46,401 nucleotides of DNA, filler included, from Jimgerdemannia flammicorona (GCA_003990765.1; 2 parts of 2 records of this genome joined end to end with filler, not necessarily neighbours in it), one strand, 5' to 3'. Shown: positions 12,890 to 25,759, counted from the first letter of the whole stretch. Numbers and translations are program-made. The notes: generated by a model from the sequence alone, not told the origin.

Positions 12890-15800
12890 AATCATATTTT
12901 TGAACTAAGTCAGTAGTATTCTGAAGATTGGTTTTAGGTTCCCACATCACATTATGGATAGAATAATCTTTCTATTTGACAAGATACTTGGGATGGTTCT
13001 TGTGGCCATATTTGTTCAACTTCTTAGTTATTAATAATGACAGGTGTGGTTTTGTGATATAGTTCAGAAATAGCTTATCATCATTTTCATTATATCACTT
13101 GAGATATTGAATATTGAAAACTAGGTGAATCTTGATGGTATCTGGTAGTACTAATTTGTAGGAAGTTAGAGAGACTTGTGTGATGACTTCAAATAATCCA
13201 ATGAATTTACTGTTTAGCTTTATAGATGGTCTGTGCTTGAGATTATCAACTCAGTATCCTCAGATGTCCAGTAGAACCTTTTCTCTAATAGTGAAAGTTT
13301 CTTCTCAGTAGTATTGGTTGACATATTGTAACTATTGTTCTTAAGCTTGAGATAAATTCTCAATAGTAATCTGGTTTAAGTTGTACATTTGGAGTAGGAA
13401 TTCTTTGTTGGCTTTGACAGTAGAGAGTTCATCAGTAGTTAAGATAAGTATCAGAGAAGTGTTTGGGTTTTATCCTATATTGGTGAAGAATGGGGTCATT
13501 CCAAGAGAAGCTTACTTGCTATTGTTATAGGCAAACTTGACTCTAATAAGGTGTTCATACTAATTATCTTATCTATAAGAAACATAGTTCCTTAGTATTT
13601 TTTTTAGAGTTCAGTTTATTCTTTCAGTTTGGCTATCAGTTTTGGGGTGAAAGGCTGTAGATAGTGTAAGTTTGTTCTAAGGTGTATATGTAGGGCTTTC
13701 TAAAAATAGCTGGTAAACTTCAGGTCTCAGTTACTAATAATTATTTTAGAAAGACCATGATAACAGAAGATATTGTTAAATAATAGTATAGTAATTTCAG
13801 ATACTATTGCAGTTATAGCAGTAGATACAAAGTTAGCTTATTTACTAAGATAGTCTATGAAGACAACAATTATATCTTTTCTATTCTTGGTTCAGGGTAG
13901 TTGTATAATAAAGTCTATAGAGATTCGTTCCCAATTAGCAGATGGTACTAGAATGAGATGGAGTAGATCAGATTTTGCTAGTGTTGAGGATTTGTTGTAT
14001 TGGTAGATATCATAGGAAGTGATGTAGGTCTTTAGCTGATCTGCCATATAGGGCCAATAGAAGTTTTGGGAAATAACTTCATAGTATTTGTTGAATCCTA
14101 GATGTTCAGCTATAGGGGCATTATGATATTTGAATAGGATAGTTCTTTAGAGGTCTCAATTATTTGGAATATACAATCTGTCCTTATAGTAGATAGCATT
14201 ATCCTTTAGTTGGTATTGATGATACTGGGTATGCTTGTTAGCATTATTACTACTTAGGATTTCTCAGAATACTTGAGCTTCTTTATCATCAGCATATACT
14301 ATAATAATTTATTCTATAATAGAGTTGGTAACCAGATGAGAGTTTGGATAACTTCTTCAATTAGTGGTCTAGAAATTACATTGGCAACAATGTTCTCCTT
14401 GCTAGAGTGATACTGGATTTTATAGTCAAAGTTGGTAAGGACTTTCATCCATCTGGCTTACTTTTAGGAAAGGATAGCCTGGATCTTGATATTAACTAAT
14501 GATTTGTAGTCAGTAAATATAGTGAAGTGTACTCCTTCTAGGTATGATTGCCATTTGATCAGAGTGTCTACAATGGCTAGCATTTCTTTCTTATAGGTTA
14601 TATAGTTGATTTTGGCATTATTGAACTTGTGAGAATGATAGGCCACAAGGTATTCTTCTTGTATGAACACTGCTCTAAGAGCTAGATCAGAGGCATTAGT
14701 AGTAACTTTGTATAGTAGAGCAGAGTTTGTTACTTGAAGTACTGGAGTAGTTATCAAGGTCACCTTTAGTGCTTAAAAGGCTGTATCTTGTTCAGATTCC
14801 CAATTTGCAAGATTGTTGAAGTCTTTTTCTTACTTTGTGGTCCAAGACTATTCTTCTTTCTTACTATGCTTAGTTATTTGGGTAAGGGTAGTAGTGATCT
14901 TAGCAAAGTTTACAACAAATCGCTGATAATAGTTTGCTAATCTCAGAAATAACTAGAGGTCTTTCAGCTTCTTTGGTCTGGGCCAATTCTTGATTGTAGA
15001 GATTTTGCTAGGGTCTACTTTGATTCCATTCAGTCTAAGAAATAGAATTTCTTTCAGGAGAAATTTACATTTGCTGAGTTTTGCAAAGAGTTAGTTTTCT
15101 TAAAGTTTCAGTAGTACTAGTTTAAGATGTTCAAGATATTTCTACAGGGTTTTGCTGAAGACTAGGATGTCATCAATGTAGACAACAATAAATTTGTCTA
15201 GATATGGGTATAGGATGATATTCATCAGTGTCTGGAAGGTTGTGGGAGTATTAGTTAAGTCAAAGGGTATAATTAGGAACTTGAAATATCCATGTGAGTT
15301 CCTGTTTTGTAGATATCTTCTTCTTTCATGGCAATTTGCCAGTAACCATTTTGCAGATCAAAAGAGCTCATAAATTATGAGTTAGTAAGTCTATCAAATA
15401 TTTCATCAATTCTGAGTAGTGGGCAGTAGTTCATGATTGTTTGCTCATTGAGATCATAGTAGTCTATGTACATTTATAGGTCTCCTCCTTTCTTGACAAA
15501 AAGAGGACCGATATACTATAGAGTAATACATGTGCATCAATTTCTCTCAGAGATATGTGGTAGATTGACTTGAAGGCTAGCTTGATATCTGGGATGGTCT
15601 TGATGATATAATCTACTACTTGTTTAGATGGTAGGCCTTTTGGGAGTTTCTTTGGGAATATGTTCAGAATTTCTAGAGTAGGGGTCAGACACAGCTGTTA
15701 ACTTTGGAAAAGTCTTCTTCAAGGTTCTCAGATTCTCCTTTAGATGGTCAGATAGAGATAGCAAAGAGATGGCATTTCTTGGCCAATTTCTTAAGTTGTA

Positions 15801-16250
15801 GCTTATTGATATAAGTGATTTTTGAGCCAGGATTACTAGAACTGAGTGGGTCTTTTTCACTTTGCAGTTTGAAATTGTGGCATTCTTTCTTGATGGTCAG
15901 AGAATGGTTTATCCAATTGATCATAAAGTTCTCTTGTTTTAATTATAAGGTTCCAAGGATGATTTCATTATCAGGAAGTAGTATAATCTGGAGGATAACA
16001 TATATTCAGTAGTTGCCAATTCAGAAGAGTATGTTGCAGACTTCTCTGCTAATGATATGAGAGGATCGATTTGTTGTAGCAACTGCTTGAGTCTGTTGCA
16101 CTGGAGAGATCAGGACCTTGAGTCTGTTGGCTGTTTCTTCATTGATAAAGTTGCCTGAGACACTGCTGTCTATCATAATCTTAATAGATGCTCAGTTGAC
16201 AAAAGCTTGGAGTCTAAGCTATTTGTCTAATTCAATAGTTGTAATTTCAG
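12890..16250 (-). pseudogene. pol: pol: aspartic protease, RT, RNase H, integrase, chromodomain
   Basis: Protease IMIDSSVSGNF (~16150-16180); RT PFDLTNTPTTFQ and VVYIDDILVFS (~15160-15190); RNase H TTNASDLAL..NYITYKKEMLAIV (14464-14763); integrase STAFHPKTDSQTERIN; chromodomain YLVK*KDY..WEPKTNLQN (~12920-12990). Many stops and frameshifts. Confidence 0.93.
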
Positions 16251-16259
16251 TTATAGGAG

Positions 16260-18830
16260 CTTTTCTTCTGTTAGTTCTTCTTTGAGCCAGTTTGCTGATA
16301 CAAAAGAAGTAATTATTGATCATTCAAGAAGAGTACATTCCAATGTCATGAGGGCATCAGCTGCTTGGTATATATCTATTTTTGATTTTCTTATAGAATT
16401 ATTTTTCCTTGCTTATAATAGATTGGGCTAGAGTCTTATTTGATGAGTCAAATCCTTTAGATTCTCAGATGATAGGTAGTAGTTCAGAGACTTCCTTGAC
16501 TATTAGAGTTGACTTAATTTTTTTGAATAGAATCTGGATAATATAGAAACTAATAGAGATCTTAAAGGATGTCCAACTATGGTTTCAGATAAGAATAATG
16601 ATTTTGCCTGTATAATCTTCATCAATAACTTCTTCTTCTACTGAGAGTCCTTTCAATGCTAGACTACTGTGACAGCATATTCTTCTAATATATCCTTCAG
16701 GAATTTGAATATTAATCTCTATGTAGACTTACTTGACTTCTTGATTGGAAACTGTAGCTTCTTTGGCTATATATAGATCATAACTAGCTGCTTTTTGACT
16801 TTCTTTAGTTGGGGTTTTGGCAGTTAGCCTTAACTTGACAAAGTCTAATGTCTTGGTAGTCAGATTGTTGAGGTGATGTAGAGTGGTAACAGTTGCTTAT
16901 GTTACTGTTTAGGGTTTTCAGTTGGGGCAGATACTGATCATATGTCCTATCTTACAGCAATAAAAGTATACTTCACTTCTTCAAAGTTTATTTCTTTCTC
17001 CTTCAGTAAGTTTCTTGAAGGTACTTGGCTGGGTAGGTTTATGATTTCAGAGTGTCCAAGAGATAGATATAGAGGGAGCTCAGGATGCTTTATGCTTGGG
17101 TTCTTCTTTCTTAGTCAAAGTTTTTTCCTTATTGTTGAATTATCTTTAATGCAGAATTGGTCCAGCTGTCAGGATTTGCTTGACCATAGTCTTGATTCTT
17201 ACTAGATATCATTGTTAGTGATCACAACCAACTAGATGTCCTTGTTCTCAGATTTTTCTAGTAAGCCATTCAGGCAATACATCAAATAAATGATCTGCTC
17301 TTATACTATTTTGTACTTCATCATTGGCAATGTATCCTAGGCCAATGGTATTCAGGAGTAACTTGAGTTTTGTACAGAAGGTTTTGAATTCCTCTTTACC
17401 ATGTATATTAAATTTGATATTGCAAAGTTTTACTTGAGATTTAGCAATCAAGGTTTTGCTGTGATATTGAGCAATCATGAGTTATTTGAGTCTAGGGGCT
17501 CCAGGATGGGCTCCATATCCTGGGACATTATTTGCTGCATTTTGGGCAACTACTGTAGATTGGATATCTCATATAAGGGGTTTTTTAAGAAGGGTTCACT
17601 ACTATTCTTTAGTGGGTCCTCAGAAGAATGTATGTAACAACTCAACAGACATAGGCTGTAGTAGTAGCAAAGAGTTATTCCAGAGTGTGGTTTTGATTGT
17701 TTGTCAGAAGGCAGTCAGCAACTTACTTATTGGTTCATTGATTGACTTTGAAGTTGGTATCAACTATACTAAAAAAGCTTTGGACTTCTTGTATAGTACT
17801 ATTGAAGATAGGTAGGCTCAGATTTTTTATTGGTTAGGTTTGTTTGGCTAAGGCAGTAATGGTTGCTATAATTATGGCTATCTGGGCTGTGAGATCTAGA
17901 ATCTATTGGATTGTCATATTGTTTACTAGAGGTAGTTGGACTACTGGTAGTAGTATTACATACTGGTACTACTTGAGATACTGGTGCAGAGTGTGATGAT
18001 ATTCTTTGAGTCTATATAAGTTGCTGAAGTAATAGTTGTAGGTCTGGAGTAAGGGCTCAATAGGTAGCTATCTATTACTGTATAGGTGTGTTTTGTTCTA
18101 ATAGAGGTATGTCTCCTTTAGTGATATATCTAGGATCGAATTCACTAAGATACTCCTCCTTCTCTTCAGTTTGGTCTCTGTGTAGTTGAGTTTACTTGGT
18201 ATCAAAGTAGACAGAATTAGTTATATATCAGATTTCAGATGGGCTTAATTCAAAATCAAGTTCTAGTTCAGTATTGGTTTCAGTTTCAGGTAAGATTATA
18301 GCTAGGCCTGCTACTGGTTCAGAGTCAGGTTGTTGATAAAGAGTTTCTCTTACTTCTTCTTTGAGAATATAGTGGGCCTTATAATTCTGAAAGTAGTAGT
18401 ATAGGCAGTCTTGGTCCTGGTATGGTGAAAGTCAGTAGAGTTGAGCTACTTGACTATAGAGGCTTGGGCTTCATAAGAAACTAAGGTTAGAAAGACTACT
18501 GCTGGTTATCCTAGGTTACTTGGATTTATAGAGCTGACAAAATTTCTATTGAGAAGAGTAAAGAAGGCTTCTATAAGATCTTCTTTATCTTGACTTGTAG
18601 GATGTAGAGCAAGGAGTTCAGTATATAGAATTTCACCTATCTGCTGATTTAATTAGAGTACATTTTTTTGTAAATAAAGTCTGTCTCACTTATTATAGGT
18701 GTAGAGGTCAAATTGTCCTTGTACATCAGGTTCAATTCTTTCCAGATTGTCAGATAGTTTAGGATAGATTCCAGTTCAGAGATTGGACTTTATACCAACT
18801 TATAGGAATTCTTATAGAGGTTTATAATGG
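16260..18830 (-). pseudogene. gag: gag region with degenerate CCHC zinc knuckle; boundaries approximate
   Basis: (Y)FYCCKIGHMISICP at ~16921-16970 fits CX2CX4HX4C with the first Cys mutated; coding-like fragments such as 17248..17478; lies between the PBS and protease. Confidence 0.7.
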
Positions 18831-18867
18831 GGTGAGGAAGTATCTTGAAGTGAAATTGGATTGTAAA

Positions 18868-18879
18868 CTGCTGCTACCA
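18868..18879 (-). other. Primer-binding site, probably initiator tRNA-Met
   Basis: Minus-strand TGGTAGCAGCAG 3 nt inside the 5' LTR edge; complementary to a ...GCUACCA tRNA end. Confidence 0.75.
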
Positions 18880-18882
18880 AGT

Positions 18883-20752
18883 TATAGGAGGGTTACTTAT
18901 TAGGGTAACTATTATATACATAGTTCTGGAGGAGTTTTCTAGAAGTTCTGGATATTCTGAAAGATTGTTTTCTTAAGGTCAAGATTAATTTTATATGGAG
19001 TATATCCTCTATGCTTATTAATTTCAAGATTAGATTAATGTCTCAACCAAAGTCCTTTTTTGAACTAGTTCTGGATGTTTAGGATTTTCTATATTTCAGA
19101 AAGTTTAAAAAACTAAGGCCAGCTTAGTTGAATTGGCATATTGCTACAGATAATTCCTAATTAGGAAATTTCATAATAGGGTTAGGAGTAGGACCTAATA
19201 GGGAGCAGATTTACTTAAGAGTGATTTGTGAATTATTAAATAGATTTATTTGCTATTCATGATATTGCTATACTAGAAGTAGTTGTGTAAAGAGATATTG
19301 TAGAGAAGTGTTCAAGATTGTTCTTATATATTCAAGTCTGAGATTCTGAGGTCTAGAAGAGGAGATATTTATATTAATGAGAGACTATCTGGACTATGCT
19401 AAATAAGGATATAGTACTTAGTGCCTTGCTAAGTCAGAATGCAGTTATATAGTATAAGTGTGATCTGATATATCAAGAGATCATCTGACTGCTGAGTTAG
19501 TTTGCAGTCACATCATATGAGGCTAATCTAACTATACTAATGACTACTAAGCTATCTATAGATTTAGATACTATCTGAGTAGTCTTTGATAACATCACCA
19601 TCAATGATATTATGTATCTCTGATAAAGTAGTCATCTAAGAAGAGTAGTTTGCAGATTACTTCTCTCTGTTTACTGAGATAATAATATATTGGGACTTTG
19701 TTACTATTCTATAGGATAGCATCATCTATCTTATATATTGGATAAGATATTAGTAAGTGAAGGAAAGGTGTATCATCTTTACTTTTATTGGATTTGCTAT
19801 CTGTATACCTTCTATAGATGACAGTACTATGAGTTACAGAGTTATAATATAATAGTGGCTGTGACTCATTTCATTTATACTTGGGGGGTAGGATTATTAG
19901 TTCAATCTTGAGAGTTGTCTATAGGTATATGTATTCTCCAGTCTCTTTATTATAGTTGAAGTAGTCAGGGGTAAAGATAGATTAGTATTCATACCAGTGG
20001 TCATTATCCCAATAGGTCTCATAGATAGTTATGAACTATTGTAAGTTCATTGACAAGGTTGGTGGAGTGACCAGAGTTGGCAGAGATCCTTTGCTCAAGG
20101 TTATGTTAGCATCAGAGAGATCATTATCTTCTACTTCATCATCATCAAATTAGATTATATTGTAGATATTCTTCATAATATATCTAACTTGGAGCATTTG
20201 CAGGATATAATTATTAGGGTGTGGGAAGGTTCTACTGATGGTCTGAATATACTCAATATACTTGTGGTTGAGTTTTTATACTATATCATCGATTTGGCCA
20301 TAGGATAGAGTGATAACTATTTCAGTAATAGTAACTCGGAGATAGGGAATAAAGATACTATATTTATAAAAAGGTTCTCAGTATTTATATATAATAAGTT
20401 TCTAGTATTGAGACATCTGAATAATGTCAGTATTATGATAGTGTTCAATCATATCTTCCAGAAGACAGCCAATCTGATAGTAGCTTGAGATTTGTCCAAT
20501 TTGGTGGACTTTGCTAAGTATGTTCAGGGTATTCTATCAGGCTTCTATGAAGTAGAGAGGTACTAAACTATAGATATTCATAAGAGATAGAGGGGGTATG
20601 GCTTGATTAATAATAGTATTCTAAATATTAGCATAGATATAGTTGTAGATCTCAGTAGTCATATTTGTATATATATTTGAGAGTTGGAGTTGTTTGTTTG
20701 ATTTATTGTAGTTCTCTGTTTCAATACATCTTGGTGCTCAGTATATATGTAT
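18883..20752 (-). repeat. 5' LTR of the chromovirus, interrupted ~220 bp from its outer end by a nested element
   Basis: Colinear with 10376-~12240; similarity stops at 20752, where TGTAA of a different LTR begins. Confidence 0.92.
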
Positions 20753-22223
20753 TGTAATGTGCTGGCTCAATGGAGGCAAATTACAAGGTTGGGGGTTGAT
20801 GTAGTTTGGCTTGAGCCCCCAGTTACTTTGTTAAAAAGCAACAAAATGTTCGAAGATTCCTGAGGTCCTTGGTGTTTAGCAGTATAATAGTCAAAGCTGG
20901 ATATCTGCAAGCGATTTCCTTATTGGGATGGTTCTCTGGGTGTAGCAGCGATTTGTATGTCTTTTCCTTCTTGGGTCAACTAGGAATGGCACAATTTCTG
21001 TATAGCGCGACAATCTCCTTGTGCATGACGGTCTGGCAATTTAGTGGTTCTCCTTATGTGATTTCTGCGTGATGATCTCTGTGTAGCACAACGATCTCTG
21101 TGTAGTGCAGTGGGTTCCTTATGTGGGATGTTCTGATAATTTGGTGGGTAACTCGATTTGGCTCACTGGGAATTGTATGGTGTGGATTCTTCCTGAAATG
21201 GCAGAGTTCTTGAGGAATGCAGATAACTCGGAAATGGTGGCTTCAACTGAGAATTATCTTGGGTGGTGGATAACTCGATAACTCGGGCTCACTGGGAATG
21301 ATGAATAAGTCACGGTTTCGGCTTCAACTGAGAATACAGCAGATAACTTGGAAATGGTGGATGATGCAGATTCTCCTGAATTGGCGGGCTCTAACTGGGA
21401 AATGGGATGGTGCAGATTCTTCTAAATCGGCAGCTTCAACTGAGAATACGAACTACTGGTGGCATTCTTTGAGAAAGGGTCTCTTGGCAAAGTTGCATCA
21501 AAGACTGGCTTCGTTTGTGTGAATGGATCACTGTGAAGTTGCATCAGAAACTAACTTGGGCAAGGTGGCTTTCTCTGGGAAGGCAGAGGATAGTGTTCTT
21601 CAGGCTTATCTGGCAAGCATACCAATAGCATGGCTTATTCCTTTAAGCGGCGGGTTCTTCAAAAGGCGGCGAAGTTCTCCTTGAACTTAGGTGGCAAATC
21701 TTCAGGCTTATCTGGCAAGCATACCAAAAGCGTGGCTTATTCCTTAAGCGGCAGGTTCTTCAAAAGGCAGCGAAGTTCTTCTTGAACTTAGGTGGCAAAT
21801 CTTCAGCTTTGTATCGGAAAGTGGACTGGAGTGGAAAGGGGACCAATGCTCAATCTTTAGAGGCTTCTTTGGTATTTATATTTCGGACTGAGGTTTTATT
21901 CACTCTCATCTCTAGGGTAATTTATACAAGTTGGTTGCTATCTGGTTGCTATGTGGCTAACTATAGATTTGCTATCTTCAGTAATGTTTGGGTGTGTCCT
22001 CTGGGTACAGGTGTGTCTGCAGGACATGAGTGTGTCCGCAGGACATGAGTGTGTCCTCAGGACACAGGTAAATAATCCTGATCTGGTGTCTTGGCTAATT
22101 ATAAGTATGGCAGGCATAAGTAACTATGATATACTGGAAGTCACATCATGCTGAGTAAGTATGCTAATTGTTCACATCATCTGGCTAAGTTATAATTCAG
22201 GTAGTACATTTTGGTCTGTTACA
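20753..22223 (-). repeat. 3' LTR of the nested gypsy element (1471 bp) with internal tandem duplications
   Basis: TG...CA termini; ~103-bp tandem duplication at ~21599-21805; repeated GCTTCAACTGAGAAT; minus-strand TATAAATA at ~21873-21880. Confidence 0.8.
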
Positions 22224-23155
22224 TCAGCCCCCACTGAAGGGTAGTCTGTCCCAGACTATTCTTCAGTCATCATCTCAATAGGCATAAGCAGCTTCTGCAT
22301 CTATACCTGTTCCATTATCATTATCTGAGCTGCAGTCACTCCATTCCAGGGGCTCTTCTTCTTCCTCAGGAAATAGGGTCTCCACTTGGTGGATAATGCT
22401 GAGGTAGGTGGGTAGTGTCATCCTTTAAAGGTCATTTAGAGAAAACTGGGCCTGGATTAAGGCAGAAGGATTTCGTTTATATATGGTGTATAGTCTGTCT
22501 GCAGCAGTAGTATTCCTTCTGTTTAGGCCAGTGGTGTTTCGGACATAGGCTAGGTCTGGGAGAGGAAGATTCTGCAATTGTTCTCCAATTGCATAATACA
22601 TATGCCTGCAGCTGGTGGACCTGGAGTAGCCTCTTGGCCAGAGTGAGGTTTTCTTAATGTACTCAGATTCTCTGAAGATAGGTCCCATTGGGTTCCCAGA
22701 ACTGAGGCAGGGGAACTGGTAGGGCTTGGAGGGAACTGAGAACAAGAGTTTGGAGGTAGTTGTCAATTCTCTAATTCATGGTATGCGAAGAAGTATATCT
22801 TGAGGTAATTGATGTGTACTGGTGTTCATAGGGTTTGTCTATCCATGATTCTTAAATAGATGCTGGTTCCTCTGATGTTGTGTACAAGATAAGGTCCTTC
22901 CCATTTTGGTTCCAGTTTGGCAGCAAAGTTTGTCTCAATCATGCTTCTCCAAACTAGGACTTGATCTCCAATCTTGATCTCCTGATCCTTCTGTTTTTGG
23001 TTATAGTACTTCTTTTGTCTTTCCTGGACTTTGATAATCTGTCCTTGGGCTTGATTTCATAACTGTTCTGCCTTCTTGAGGAGGTCTCTGAGATTCTCAT
23101 GGTCAGCAGTTCTGGTTTTCTTGGCAAACATCATTTCGAATGGCTTTTGTTTGGT
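20753..23155 (-). mobile_element. Second Ty3/gypsy-type element (3' LTR, extra ORF, integrase C-terminus), nested and cut by the assembly gap
   Basis: LTR 20753-22223 with TGTAA...TTACA ends, purine-rich tract (GTGGGGGCTGA) next to it, integrase tail IGDQVLV..KLEPKWEGPYLV..PVHINYLKIY at ~22765-23155. Confidence 0.88.
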
Positions 23156-23255
23156 NNNNNNNNNNNNNNNNNNNNNNNNNNNNNNNNNNNNNNNNNNNNT
23201 TAATTAATTAANNNNNNNNNNNNNNNNNNNNNNNNNNNNNNNNNNNNNNNNNNNN
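23156..23255. other. Artificial scaffold linker / assembly gap
   Basis: Exactly 44 N + TTAATTAATTAA + 44 N = 100 bp; the 12-mer gives stops in all six frames. Confidence 0.97.
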
Positions 23256-23470
23256 TCCCTCCCTCCCTCCTTCATTCCATTGTGTCTGGCTATCGGCCTC
23301 GATGATGGTTTCCTTCCCTCCCTCCTCTCTCTCTCTTTTATTCATGGGTGTTCCATTGTGTCTAGCTATGCCTCAATGATGATTCCCTCCCTCTCTCCCT
23401 CCTTCATTCACGGGTGTTCCATTGTATCTGGCTATTAGCCTTGATGGTTTTCCTCTATTTCTCTCTCTTA
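23256..23470. repeat. Three degenerate ~70-bp tandem repeats with CT-rich spacers
   Basis: TTCCATTGT(G/A)TCT(G/A)GCTAT..CCT..ATG.. recurs at ~23275, ~23351 and ~23417. Confidence 0.7.
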
Positions 23471-23572
23471 TTTATATTTATTATTCCAGCTATTTCTATT
23501 CTTTTCTATTCTATCTACTGACAAGTCTATTTATATGTATTTATATTTTTTATTCTTCAATTATTTTACCAG

Positions 23573-24898
23573 ACAACCTCCAATGCTCTAATTGGTAGTC
23601 TTCCCTTTTCAACCTGTTGTAAATGTGGTGCTGGCGGACATATATATGAAGGGTACAATATTGCTGGTTGTCAGAATGTGATCTGTGTTGGTCATATTGA
23701 TGAAGACAGACCATTGCTCTGTGCTCCTAATATAATGGAGGATTCTTGGACATGTCCAATGCACAGTAGTATACCAGTTAGTATTATTTATTTTATTTTC
23801 TAATTGTTATATTATTTTGAATCATAGTTAATAAATATAATATATTTTATAAAATATATTTAGGAATCTATTCGCTTTGATGCCAATATCAATATTGATA
23901 TTCAGACAATTGAATTCCATGAGATGGCTTGGGGTGATATTGAAGGTGCTGCATGTACAGTATTTGCAGGATACAGATATGGTCAGGTTACAATTGTTCC
24001 ACATATATTTCAAGATGGAGATTCTCTTCAGGAATGTGCTAAGAATATTAATAACAAGTAAGTAATAAATATTATAAATAATATATTATTTATTTATTTT
24101 ATATTAAATATTTAAAGTTATTAATATATTTTTATTTAATTATTTTTAGATGGCATTCAGGATCTCAAAAGTGGTTGATTATAAAGACTCATACTAATGA
24201 GGAAGGTGATCTTTGGTTTGAACGTGATGTAAATGGAGATGCCTGGTCTCTTACACAGCAAGATGTAAGTTATATATACTATATATATTATTATTATTTA
24301 TTTTTATTTTTATTTTATTTTTAATATATATTTTATTCTATTAATAGTTTTTGAAAGCACTCTTTGAACCATCTAAATTCAATAATATCAATATTGTTCT
24401 ACTTGTGTGTGGCACACTGGTGTTTCCCAAGATCCACAAGACTAAAGATCAGCTTTTGCATTCATATCAATCTTTCATTGATACTGTCAAAAGGTTGGTT
24501 TTATTTAATATATGTTTATATTTATATTTATAAAATAATCTGATATATATATATTTCTATTTATTTAAATTAGTATTACTCAAGGCAGTTGCATTTTTTT
24601 TACCAGACATGAATTGGAACCACCAAGGATAGTATATGCTCTTATGAGATCTATTGAAGATTCTGAGTTTGGTCATAAATCTTTAAAGGAAACTGTGATG
24701 GATCATTTCAATACTCTTAATGATGCAGATGGGACTCCAGTCTGGGTTCTGGAGAATGGAGGAGGAACATATATTTATAGAAAAGTTACTTCTTGTACAA
24801 AGCATCCCTTTGGTCAAAAGATTCAAAATAGGTTCTGTGTTGAAATCATCAATTATTCTGTTCAAATTGTACAATGCAATGCCTCCAGATTGAAATAA
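23573..24898 (+). CDS. Spliced gene, at least 327 aa: PHD-like Cys/His finger followed by an uncharacterised domain; 5' end not identified
   Basis: Exons 23573-23776, 23864-24057, 24150-24264, 24348-24493 and 24574-24898, separated by AT-rich 80-92-bp GT..AG introns. They splice into one stop-free frame ending at TAA 24896-24898. Confidence 0.82.
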
Positions 24899-25479
24899 AT
24901 TAGTAATGGACCAGATGACGAAGGGCTACAGGATGACGATGGTCTAGATGATGAAGATGGACTGTAGGAAGAGGGACCTCAGGAAGACGAGGGATGAGGG
25001 ACCACAGGACTGCAGGATATGATGGATGACGCTGGACCGCAGATGATGATGGACAGCTGGACTGTTCTCTACTCACCACTGCTCACCACTCATCATTCCA
25101 CCACAAAACCACCAGCTGCTCTTGCTTGCTGCGAATAGCTAGCCCATTTGCCACTCATTCCCAATAGAGTGAGGGGCAGTTATTGTCTGAGATCTTTTGC
25201 GTCATGCTGGAACCTGTTGAGGCAAAATGAATCTGCCGATGAATAACCCACTAGCACATACATAACCCAGATTACCAGAAATTTCACCTGAAATTCCACG
25301 TACATAACCTATGCTGCAGGAGAACAAGGGATAGAAGACTGGCCACAGGACTGTAGTGGAAGATGGACTGCAGGATGGATGGACGGACGACAGACTGCAG
25401 GATAGATGATAGACTTTGAGATAAATGACATAGACTGTAAGGACTGTAAGATAGGCAATGAAACCTTGCATACCAGTAG

Positions 25480-25660
25480 CATGATGGACCAGTGTTGCTG
25501 GGCAACCATAACCCACCACTGCATAACCATAGCCTTGCCATGTAACCATAACCTGCCCCTGCATAACCATGTACTTGCCATGTACTTGCCATGTAAGCAT
25601 AGCCTTGCTGCATAACTGTGATCTGCCACTGTGTAGATGGCATAACCATCGCTGCCTAGT
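25480..25660. repeat. Degenerate minisatellite (GCATAACCAT / CTTGCCATGTA units)
   Basis: Repeated ~10-20-bp motifs visible directly. Confidence 0.65.
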
Positions 25661-25759
25661 TGTATTTCAAGCACTCTTACTCACTGAACCACAGGACAGA
25701 TAATGGATAAATGATAGACTGGGCAACCATAATAACCCACTATTGCATAAATGGTTTTC

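Larger units (their letters stand above)
10376..20752 (-). mobile_element. Ty3/gypsy chromovirus LTR retrotransposon, heavily mutated, with ~2.07-kb LTRs
   Basis: Direct repeats 10376-12451 and 18883-20752, PPT and PBS in minus orientation, domain order gag-PR-RT-RH-IN-chromodomain. Confidence 0.95.

Noticed and set aside
23200..23211. Palindromic TTAATTAATTAA inside Ns
   Set aside because: Symmetric 44N-12-44N scaffolding linker, not biological. Adjacency across the gap is unverified, so the two sides were not interpreted as linked.
25202..25674. Three overlapping 121-132-aa ORFs
   Set aside because: They run through minisatellite sequence, are open in all three minus frames, and show no recognisable domain.
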